Of a stretch of 61,467 bases of DNA, positions 8,892 to 16,308 are shown one piece after another. The position numbers and the translations under genes were made by a program. Under the pieces are notes generated by a model. The model worked only from the letters and a program-made list of their open reading frames with translations, was not told the DNA's origin and did not search any database. The stretch is from Acidimicrobiales bacterium (GTDB taxonomy: Bacteria; Actinomycetota; Acidimicrobiia; Acidimicrobiales; CADCSY01), in contig DATMJI010000035.1 in assembly GCA_035553895.1 (NCBI GenBank), positions 1 to 61,467 of the forward strand. The letters are read 5' to 3'. Each line of letters starts with the position of its first letter. The first letter of the stretch is position 1.

Positions 8892-10399
8892 CGCCGGACT
8901 CCGAGGATCATGTCGGTGGCGGCAATGAGGTCGGGAGCCACGGCGGCCCCCCCGCCGGGGCGCCACCGGGTCCGTCGCACCTCCAGGCGCCGGGTGGCCG
9001 GGGTGGGGACGAGCACGGCCCGGGCCCCGGCGGCCCGGGCGGCGTCGACGTCGCTGCCGATGTCGCCCACGACCACGCACTGCGACGGGGCCACGCCCAG
9101 CTCGGCCGCCGCCTTGTCGATGAGGCCGGGACGGGGCTTGCGGCAGGCGCAGCCGTCCCCGGACCCGTGGGGGCACACGGCGACGGCGTCGAAGGGGCCG
9201 AGCAACTCCCCGACCCGGGCGTTGACGGCGTCGACCTCGGCGGCAGTGATCAGGCCCCGCGCCACCCCGCTCTGGTTGGTGACCAGGCCGAGGGCGACTC
9301 CCGCCGCCCGCAGGCGGGACAGCGCCCCGGCGGCAGCCGCCACCGGGGCCACGAGGGCCGGATCGCCGTTGTAGGCGACGTCGTGGATCAGGGTGCCGTC
9401 GCGGTCGAAGAGCACGGCCAACGGCCTGGTGCCGGCCAGCGGTGCCTGGCGGCGGGCCCGCGCTTCGCCGGCCAGGCGGTGGCCCACGGCCAGGGGGGGG
9501 ATGGCGGCCGAGGTCACGACCATGGTGGCCACCTCGGCCGGGGTCCGTGGTCCGGGGGCGATGCGCCGGCGGGCGAAGCCGGCGCTGCCGGCGGCCCACG
9601 CCAACCCGCCGGCCGCAGCCAGCCGGCGCCGGCCGGCGGCGGCACTCACGCCTGCGGCCAGGCCAGCGGCAGTCACCGCGGCGTGGCGCCGCAGGGCACC
9701 GCTCGGGGCCCCGGCCGCCGGGCGCCAGTGCCGGCCGTGGAGGCGGCCCATCAAGGCGTCGTCGGCGTTGCCCCGCTGCTTGGCCAGGCTGACCGACCAG
9801 GAGGCGGGGGGCACGGGGTGGCGGACGCGGCGCCGGCCCATGGCCAGATCGAGACCACGGTCGGCCAGGCGCAGGGCGAGGTCGGCATCCTCCCGGTAGG
9901 CGCGGGGGAAGCGCTCGTCGAAGCCACCGACCTCGACCAGGGCCCGCCGCCGCACGGCCAGATCGGCGGTGATCCAGCGGCTGGTTTCGAGCCCGGCCAC
10001 ATTGCGCTCCCAGTCGGTGGGGCGCCGGTGCTGCGGCAGCGGGACCTCGACCTGCCCCTGGACGGCGGCCACCTGGTCGCCGGCACCTTCCAGGTCGCCG
10101 GCCAGGTCCTCGGCCCAGCGGGAGTCGACGATCACGTCGTCGTCGAGGAAGGCGACCCAGTCGGCCCTGCTGGCCCGCCATCCGGCGTTGCGGGCGGCGG
10201 CCGGTCCCCAGCCTCGCCCGGCCAGCACCTGGACGCGCTCGTCGGCGGAGGGGAGCGCCGGCAGGGTCCCGGCGCCGGGGCGGTCGTAGACGACGAAGAC
10301 GCGGCCGGGAAGCGGTTGGGCGAGCAGGGTGTCAAGCAGGACGGCGAGCGATGGCCGGCCCAGCGAGGGGATCACCACGTCGGCGGCGGGCCCCGTCAC
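8888..10399 (-). CDS. Fusion protein: GT2 glycosyltransferase, hydrophobic linker, then HAD-type D,D-heptose 1,7-bisphosphate phosphatase (GmhB-like)
   Basis: N-terminus: VVIPSLGRPSLAVLLDTL...FLDDDVIV...ITADLAVRRRAL (GT2). C-terminus: AVLFDRDGTLIHDV...LVTNQSGVARG...CPHGSGDGCACRKPRPGLI...VVVGDIGSDVDAA (GmhB). The GTG start at 10399 forms a GTGA overlap. Confidence 0.8.
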   Translation of the reverse strand: MTGPAADVVIPSLGRPSLAVLLDTLLAQPLPGRVFVVYDRPGAGTLPALPSADERVQVLAGRGWGPAAARNAGWRASRADWVAFLDDDVIVDSRWAEDLAGDLEGAGDQVAAVQGQVEVPLPQHRRPTDWERNVAGLETSRWITADLAVRRRALVEVGGFDERFPRAYREDADLALRLADRGLDLAMGRRRVRHPVPPASWSVSLAKQRGNADDALMGRLHGRHWRPAAGAPSGALRRHAAVTAAGLAAGVSAAAGRRRLAAAGGLAWAAGSAGFARRRIAPGPRTPAEVATMVVTSAAIPPLAVGHRLAGEARARRQAPLAGTRPLAVLFDRDGTLIHDVAYNGDPALVAPVAAAAGALSRLRAAGVALGLVTNQSGVARGLITAAEVDAVNARVGELLGPFDAVAVCPHGSGDGCACRKPRPGLIDKAAAELGVAPSQCVVVGDIGSDVDAARAAGARAVLVPTPATRRLEVRRTRWRPGGGAAVAPDLIAATDMILGVRR

Positions 10400-12045
10400 G
10401 GCGCCGGTGCGAACAGGGTTGCCCGGCGGACGAGGAAGGGTCCCAGGGCCAAAGCGTCGATCGGCGCCGAGCCGAAGCACTCGAGGGCGTCCCGAGGATC
10501 GTCGACCATCGGCCGCCCGGCGGTGTTGAGGGAGGTGTTCACCACCACCGGGAGGTCGGTGCGGCGCTCGAAGGCGCTGAGGCAGCGGTGCAGGAGCGCT
10601 TCGTCGCCGCGCTCGACGGTCTGGATGCGGGCCGTGCCGTCGACGTGGACCACGGCGGGGATGCGGTCCTGCCAGTCCGGTCGCACCCGGTGCACGAAGA
10701 GCATGTAGGGGCTGGGGAAGGGCCCGCCCTCGAAGACGTCCTTGGCCCGCTCGGCCAGGACCATGGGGGCGACCGGGCGGAACTGCTCCCGACCCTTCAC
10801 GTCGTTCAGGCGTTCGAGATTGGCCCGCCGCCCCGGGTGGGCCAGCAGGCTGCGATGGCCCAGCGCCCGGGGACCGAACTCCGAGCGGCCCTGGAACCAG
10901 GCCACGATCCCGTCGTCGGCCAGCACGCCGGCCACCGCCTCGGCGATGTCGGCCGGCTCCTCGTAGGGCACCTTGGCCACCTCCAGGACCCGGCGGAGGT
11001 CGGCATCGCCCCACTGGCGCCCGAGGGCGGGGGAACCCATGGGCCGGACCTGGTCACCGAGGTCGTGGGCCGCCACCAGGGCCGCCCCCAGGGCGGTCCC
11101 GGCGTCGCCGGCGGCGGGCTGGACCCAGACGTCGTCGAACGGCCCCGCTTCGAACACCCGGGTGTTGGCCACGCAGTTGAGGGCCACGCCGCCGGCCAGG
11201 GCCAGGGCCCGCTCGCCCGTCCGCTCGTGCAGCCAGCCGGCCAGCTCCACTACCAGCTCTTCCAGGCGGGCCTGGACGCTGGCGGCCAGGTCGGCGTGGG
11301 CCGGGTCCAGGGTGCCGTCGCCCTGGCCGGGCGGGGCCAGGGCAGCCCAGTCGACGGGCTCGGTCACGATGCCCCCATCCGGAACGGCGCGTACCAGGTG
11401 GCGGAAGCGGTCCAGGTGGCGGGGCGTGCCGTAGGAGGCCAGCGCCATCACCTTGTACTCGTCACTCGAACGGCGGTAGCCGAGGTGGGCGGTCAGCTCC
11501 TCGTAGACCAGGCCCACCGAATGGGGGAGCTCGGTCTGGGCCAGTACTTCGAGGTCACCGCCGCCAGCCCGGCCGGCGAGGAACGATCCCCGCTCGCCCC
11601 GGCCGTCGAGCACGAGCACGGCGCACGAGGGGAAGGGGCCGCCCAGGTAGGCCGAGGCGGCGTGGGCCACGTGGTGGGGGACGAAGCGCACCACGCCGGG
11701 ATCGAGGCCGGGAAGGGCGCTGGCCAGGAAGCGGGGAGCGCGCTCGGTGTACAGCGTGCGCAGCGGCTCCCAGGGATCGGTCCCCGGGTGCAGGCCGTCG
11801 AAGGCGAGGGCGGGGTCGTAGGAGTAGGCCACGGCGTCGAGCTGGCCCGGGGGGACACCGGCGTGGTCGAGGCACCACCGGGCCGAGAGCTCGGGCAGCT
11901 CCCAGGTCGAAAAGGCCACCGGCACCTTGGCGTGCTTGCGCCGGTTGAAGCGCTCCTCCTCGGCAGCGGCCACGGTGACGCCGTCGACGACCAGCGCAGC
12001 TGCGCTGTCATGGAAGACCCCGTTGACGCCCAGGACTGCGGCCAT
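10396..12045 (-). CDS. Carbamoyltransferase (NodU/CmcH family)
   Basis: MAAVLGVNGVFHDSAAALVVDGVTVAAAEEERFNRRKHA is the canonical N-terminus of this family. The ATG is at 12045. Confidence 0.85.
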   Translation of the reverse strand: MAAVLGVNGVFHDSAAALVVDGVTVAAAEEERFNRRKHAKVPVAFSTWELPELSARWCLDHAGVPPGQLDAVAYSYDPALAFDGLHPGTDPWEPLRTLYTERAPRFLASALPGLDPGVVRFVPHHVAHAASAYLGGPFPSCAVLVLDGRGERGSFLAGRAGGGDLEVLAQTELPHSVGLVYEELTAHLGYRRSSDEYKVMALASYGTPRHLDRFRHLVRAVPDGGIVTEPVDWAALAPPGQGDGTLDPAHADLAASVQARLEELVVELAGWLHERTGERALALAGGVALNCVANTRVFEAGPFDDVWVQPAAGDAGTALGAALVAAHDLGDQVRPMGSPALGRQWGDADLRRVLEVAKVPYEEPADIAEAVAGVLADDGIVAWFQGRSEFGPRALGHRSLLAHPGRRANLERLNDVKGREQFRPVAPMVLAERAKDVFEGGPFPSPYMLFVHRVRPDWQDRIPAVVHVDGTARIQTVERGDEALLHRCLSAFERRTDLPVVVNTSLNTAGRPMVDDPRDALECFGSAPIDALALGPFLVRRATLFAPAP

Positions 12046-12098
12046 GGCCCACCTCACCGGAAGGCGGAGCGCACGCCTCGCTGCTGAAGCACGACCCG

Positions 12099-12156
12099 CC
12101 GCGGTCGAGAAGTAACTACCTCTGGCCCGGCGGGGACAAACACTTCTCCACCGCGG
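12099..12156. repeat. 15-bp inverted repeat (one mismatch) with a 28-nt spacer, directly after the GT2 stop
   Basis: ccgcggtcgagaagt (12099..12113) pairs with acttctccaccgcgg (12142..12156). The spacer has lower GC. Confidence 0.6.
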
Positions 12157-13074
12157 TCAGGGCCGGTGGCCGGCGACGGCCTCGGCCTGGGCCTCGGTCG
12201 CCGGGCTCAGGCGGCGGCGCCGGGCGCGGGCCCGGCGGTGGTGGCGAGCCAGCTCCCAGAGGGCGAGGCGGGCGACGGGATCGCGCCGGGCGGCTACGGC
12301 CAGCGCCCGGGTGCGGCGGTACGCCACCGGAGCCGGTCGCCGCAGCCAAGCGGTCAGCACCTCGTTGCGCAGCAACCGCGCCCGCCGGACCTCCCCGTCC
12401 CGGGGACCGCGGGGATGGTGGTGGGCCACCGTCTTCTCGTCGTAGCAGCAGCGCCAGCCGGCCTCGGCCAGGTCCAGGGCCAGCAGTTCCTCCTCGCCGG
12501 CGAAGAACAGGAGGTCGTCGAAGCCACCCACCGCCAGGAACGCGTGGCGGCGCACGACGGCCGAGCACGCCAGGAAGCCGAGCACCTCGGGCCCGGGCCC
12601 GCGGCGAGCCGGCCCGAGTGGGGAGGCGGCCAGGAGGGCGTTGAGGGGGTCCTCCCGGCGCTGGGGACCCACGAGGGTGCGGCCCGCCACCACGGCCACG
12701 TCCTGGTGGAGATCGAGGATCCCGCTGGCTTGGGCCAGCGCCCCGGGCGCCCACCAGGAGTCGTCGTCGGCGAAGGCGACGTAGGGGGTGGTGCTGGCGC
12801 CCACCCCCAGGTTGCGGGCCGTCGCCCCCACGTTGGTTGGCAGGGAGACCACCCGGACCGCGGGGTGGAGGGCGGCGACCGCTCTGGGGGTCCCGTCGCT
12901 CGAGCCGTTGTCGACGACGATGATCGGTGGTCGTTCCGGGAGCGCGACCAGGTGCGAGAGCGTCTCCAGCAGCTGCTGGCGGCGGTCCCGGGTGATGACG
13001 ACGACCGACACCCGGGCCGGGGGCACCGGGATGGCGGACGGAGCCGGACCGGCTGGCGGTCGGCCCGGCTCCAC
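12157..13074 (-). CDS. Glycosyltransferase family 2
   Basis: Carries VSVVVITRDRRQQLLETLSHL...IIVVDNGSSDGT...FADDDSWW, which are GT2 motifs. The start is either the GTG at 13074 (SD directly adjacent) or the GTG at 13011. Confidence 0.8.
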   Translation of the reverse strand: MEPGRPPAGPAPSAIPVPPARVSVVVITRDRRQQLLETLSHLVALPERPPIIVVDNGSSDGTPRAVAALHPAVRVVSLPTNVGATARNLGVGASTTPYVAFADDDSWWAPGALAQASGILDLHQDVAVVAGRTLVGPQRREDPLNALLAASPLGPARRGPGPEVLGFLACSAVVRRHAFLAVGGFDDLLFFAGEEELLALDLAEAGWRCCYDEKTVAHHHPRGPRDGEVRRARLLRNEVLTAWLRRPAPVAYRRTRALAVAARRDPVARLALWELARHHRRARARRRRLSPATEAQAEAVAGHRP

Positions 13075-13084
13075 CTCCTTCAGC

Positions 13085-13531
13085 TCAGGAGCCGGCCGGC
13101 CCGGCGTCGATGGCGGTCGCCTTGGAGTTGCCGGTGCCGACCTGGACCTTGCGGGGCTTGGCCTGCTCGGCCACGGGGACGGTCACGGTGAGGACGCCGG
13201 CGTCGTAGCTGGCCGTCACCTGTTCGGCATCCAGGCTCTCGCCGAGGAAGAGCTGGCGGCTGAAGGTGCCCTGCGGGCGTTCGGACGCCACGATCTGTTG
13301 GTCCTCGCTCGGCCGCCACTGGCGATCGGCCGACACGGTCAGCACGTTCTTCTCCACGGTGAGGTCGATCGACGACGGGTCGACGCCGGGGAGGTCGAAA
13401 TGGACGACGAACTGGTCTCGCTCCCGGTAGGCGTCCATGGGCATGACGGCGGCACGGGTACCCGTCTCGAAGGCCCGGGTCAGCCGGTCGAACTCACGGA
13501 ACGGGTCGGATCGCATCAACATGGCTGCCAT
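13085..13531 (-). CDS. Hsp20/alpha-crystallin family small heat-shock protein
   Basis: The ATG at 13531, preceded by GAAAGGGAG, gives MAAMLMRSDPFREFDRL...VVHFDLPGVDPSSIDLTVEKNVLTV...ASYDAGVLTVTVP. Confidence 0.9.
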   Translation of the reverse strand: MAAMLMRSDPFREFDRLTRAFETGTRAAVMPMDAYRERDQFVVHFDLPGVDPSSIDLTVEKNVLTVSADRQWRPSEDQQIVASERPQGTFSRQLFLGESLDAEQVTASYDAGVLTVTVPVAEQAKPRKVQVGTGNSKATAIDAGPAGS

Positions 13532-13643
13532 CTCCCTTTCTCGTCTCTGGCTCGTCTCTGGGTGTGGGCTGCCGCCCGCGCTGGACGATGCCCGGGCCGG
13601 CGAGGGCCTACACCTGGCGCTACGGGCAGGCCCCGCCCACCAA

Positions 13644-13696
13644 GGGAATTCGGGAGATCCGAGCGGCTCAGCCGCCTGGATGCTCCACAATGGCCT
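13644..13696. repeat. Palindromic REP-like element, subfamily 1, diverged copy
   Basis: gggaattcgggagatccgagcggctcagccgcctggatgctccacaatggcc. It is related to the copies at 14163 and 14241. Confidence 0.7.
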
Positions 13697-13795
13697 CGAC
13701 ACCGCGGTTGTTTCCCTGCGGCAGAGGTGGGGCAACTCCCCGGCGTGGCCCCCACCGACGGCCCCCGATCCCCTCGACCGGTGACGAGACCGGTG

Positions 13796-14122
13796 ATGCT
13801 TGCCCGCCCCCGCCCGCGGCGCCGGTTTCTCGCCGCCCTGGCCGTGGCCGGGCTGGCCGCCTGCGGTGGCGGTGCCGGGGAGGACGAGGCCCGCTTCTGC
13901 GATGCCGCCGCCGAGGAGGTGGAGGCGTTCCGCAGTGCCCAGGGCCAGGTCTCGCCGGCCATCATCGGGGTGCTGCGAGAGCTGGTGCGCGAGGCTCCCG
14001 GCGAGTTGGCCGACGACTTCGAGACCGTCACCGAGTCCACCAGCGAGCAGGAGGCGGACCGGGCCCTGGCCGAGATCGAAAGCTTCCTCATCGGGCGCTG
14101 CGACCTGGACGTCCGCTCCTGA
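13796..14122 (+). CDS. Small putative lipoprotein
   Basis: MLARPRPRRRFLAALAVAGLAACGGG is a signal peptide with an L-A-A-C lipobox. The protein is 108 aa. I recognise no family. Confidence 0.55.
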   Translation: MLARPRPRRRFLAALAVAGLAACGGGAGEDEARFCDAAAEEVEAFRSAQGQVSPAIIGVLRELVREAPGELADDFETVTESTSEQEADRALAEIESFLIGRCDLDVRS

Positions 14123-14162
14123 GTGCCGGGATCAGGTGGGCCGGGTGGGGTCGTGCCCGCGT

Positions 14163-14228
14163 CCGCATGGGATTCGGGAGGATCCGAGCGGCTCAGCCGC
14201 TCCGATCCTCCACAATTGGCCCATGCGG
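14163..14228. repeat. Palindromic REP-like element, subfamily 1
   Basis: The outer arms are ccgcatggg and cccatgcgg. The core is ggaggatccgagcggc-tca-gccgctccgatcctcc, with one mismatch, and it ends in cacaattggcc. Confidence 0.8.
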
Positions 14229-14240
14229 GCCCGCCCGCCG

Positions 14241-14289
14241 ATTGTGGAGGATCCGAGCGGCTCCGCCTCCTCGATCCTCCGGAATGGGG
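14241..14289. repeat. Palindromic REP-like element, subfamily 1, opposite orientation
   Basis: attgtggaggatccgagcggctccgcctcctcgatcctccggaatgggg. Its reverse complement aligns with the 14163 copy. Confidence 0.75.
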
Positions 14290-14311
14290 AAGGCGGCCGG
14301 CGAGCGAGCCC

Positions 14312-14911
14312 TCAGACCAGGGTGATCCCCGCGCCGGCCATGGTCTCCAGGGCCCGGGCGCCGTCACCCGGATGGAGCTCGACGGCAGCGGTGGCCTCGA
14401 CCACCACCGCCGTGTCGTAACCCAGGCGCCGGGAATCGAGGGCGGTGGCCTGCACGCACACGTCCCGGGCCAGGCCCACGACGACCACCCGGGTGGTGCC
14501 CCAGTCCTCCAGCACGGCCCGGAGATCGGTCGGGACGTCTCGGCCGGTGGCGACGTCGCGGGCAAAGAACCCCGAGTAGCCGTCCTCGCCTCCCGTTCCC
14601 TTGCGCACCACGGGGCCGACGGTGTCGAGGTCGGGGTGGAGCTGGGCACCCCAGGTGTCCCGCACGCAGTGCACCGGCCAGGTCCCACCGTGGGTGGCGA
14701 AGTGGGGGGTCTCGGGCGGGTGCCAGTCCTGGGTGAACACGACGCCCGCCCCGGCCGCCCGGGCGGTGGCGGCCAGGTCGTTGACGAGCGGGATGATCCC
14801 GTCCCCGCCGGTGACGAAGAGCGATCCCGACGGATCGGCGAAGTCGTTCTGGACGTCGACCACGACGAGGGCGCAGCGCTCGTCGAAGTCGATCCCGGCG
14901 GTGGGGGTCAC
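14312..14911 (-). CDS. pncA: Nicotinamidase/pyrazinamidase (isochorismatase family)
   Basis: The GTG at 14911 forms a GTGA overlap with the pncB stop. The product reads ALVVVDVQNDFADPSGSLFV...WPVHCVRDTWGA...VVVVGLARDVCV. Confidence 0.85.
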   Translation of the reverse strand: MTPTAGIDFDERCALVVVDVQNDFADPSGSLFVTGGDGIIPLVNDLAATARAAGAGVVFTQDWHPPETPHFATHGGTWPVHCVRDTWGAQLHPDLDTVGPVVRKGTGGEDGYSGFFARDVATGRDVPTDLRAVLEDWGTTRVVVVGLARDVCVQATALDSRRLGYDTAVVVEATAAVELHPGDGARALETMAGAGITLV

Positions 14912-16281
14912 GGTGCCTCCTCGACGTGGTGGCGGGTGCGGAGCTCCTCGGCGGTGCGGGCGAGGGCAACGGACACCTGCAGCTTCCGGGCCGGTGGGTC
15001 CTGCAGCCGGCGCAGGGGATCGGGGAGCTCGGCCCACTGCTGTTCGAAATGGTGGCGGGCGTCGACCACCGACCGCCGGCCGGCCGGGGTGCGCCGGCCC
15101 TGGTGCATGACCTCGACCAGCTGGGGCTCGAAACCCGGCCCCGGCGCCGCCTCGCCGGCCAGGGCGAGGACGTCGCTCGACCAGTCCGGGGCCCGCCACA
15201 GCTGCTTGGCCCCGGGCCAGATGGCCTTGGCCGCCGACGTCTTCATCACCGGCCGGCCGTCGAAGGCGACCAGCTTGTAGACGCTGTCCAAGGTTGGGGC
15301 ATCGGCGGAGACACCGAGGGCCGAGCCGAGGCCGAAGCCGTCGATGGGTGCCCCCTGCTCGACCAGCCGGTGCACGGCGTGCTCGTCCAGACCGCCGCTG
15401 GCCAGGATCTGCACGTACGGGAGACCGGCCTCGTCGAGCCGGCGGCGGGCGTGGGCGGACAGCTCGGCCAGGTCGCCGGAGTCGAGGCGGATGCCGCGGA
15501 TCTCGGTGCCGTCGGCCTTCAGCTCACGGGCCACGGTGATGGCCCGCTCGATGCCGCGGTGGCTGTCGTAGGTGTCGACCAGCAAGACGGCGGCCTCGCC
15601 GTAGGCCCGGGCGAAGGCCCGGAAGGCGTCGGTCTCGTCGGCGTGGGCCTGGACGAAGGCATGGCCCATGGTGCCGCTGGCCGGCAGCCCGTAGCGGGCG
15701 GCGCCGGCGACGTTGCTGGTGGCGCTCAAGCCGACGAGGGCCCCGCAGCGGGCGAGCTTCATCCCGGCGTCCACCCCCTGGGTCCGGCGCAGGGCGAAGT
15801 CGACCACGGCCCGCCCGGCGGCGGCGTGGCGGCACCGGGCCGCCTTGGTGGCCAGGGTGGTCTGGAGGGTGACCTGGTTGAGCAGGAAGGTTTCGGCCAG
15901 CTGGGCCTCGCCGATGGGCGCATCCACCTCGAGGATCGGTTGGTGGGCGAACACCACCGTCCCCTCGGGCACGGCCCGCACGTCGCCGGTGAAGCGCAGG
16001 CCGGCCAACCAGTCGAGGAAGCCGGGATCGAAGGCCGCCAGCCCGGCCAGGGCGGCCAGATCGCCGTCGGCGAAGTGCAGCTCCTCGAGCCAGGCCAGCG
16101 CATCGTCGAGCCCGGCGGCCACCAGGAATCCCCGTCCGGCGGGGAGGTCGCGCACGAAGAGGCTGAAGGTGGCCGGCCGCTGGTCCATGCCTTCCCGGCG
16201 GTAGGCGTCGACCATGGTCAGCTCGTAGAGGTCGACGAGCAGGCGATGGCGGGTGTCGGAGGTCACCGGTGCGTGCATCAT
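14908..16281 (-). CDS. pncB: Nicotinate phosphoribosyltransferase
   Basis: Carries LLVDLYELTMVDAYRREG..., SATSNVAGAARYGLPASGTMGHAFVQ and RLDSGDL motifs. Confidence 0.9.
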   Translation of the reverse strand: MMHAPVTSDTRHRLLVDLYELTMVDAYRREGMDQRPATFSLFVRDLPAGRGFLVAAGLDDALAWLEELHFADGDLAALAGLAAFDPGFLDWLAGLRFTGDVRAVPEGTVVFAHQPILEVDAPIGEAQLAETFLLNQVTLQTTLATKAARCRHAAAGRAVVDFALRRTQGVDAGMKLARCGALVGLSATSNVAGAARYGLPASGTMGHAFVQAHADETDAFRAFARAYGEAAVLLVDTYDSHRGIERAITVARELKADGTEIRGIRLDSGDLAELSAHARRRLDEAGLPYVQILASGGLDEHAVHRLVEQGAPIDGFGLGSALGVSADAPTLDSVYKLVAFDGRPVMKTSAAKAIWPGAKQLWRAPDWSSDVLALAGEAAPGPGFEPQLVEVMHQGRRTPAGRRSVVDARHHFEQQWAELPDPLRRLQDPPARKLQVSVALARTAEELRTRHHVEEAP

Positions 16282-16308
16282 GGCCCACCCGGCGACCTCC
16301 GTGCACCC

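Noticed and set aside
8892-10181. An N-terminal extension of 430 aa on the 7860..10181 ORF.
   Set aside because: The extension overlaps the GT2-GmhB fusion gene out of frame and is an Arg/Pro/Gly string. The GT9 homology begins at the GTG at 8891, which forms the same GTGA coupling overlap seen at the other junctions.
12083-12089. Isolated GCTGAAG heptamers at 12083..12089, and on the minus strand at 13077..13083, as extra sites for the OmpR-type regulator.
   Set aside because: They are single copies with no 11-bp-phased partner. A 7-mer is expected several times by chance in 61 kb on both strands. The 13077 copy is simply part of the GAAGGAGG ribosome-binding region.
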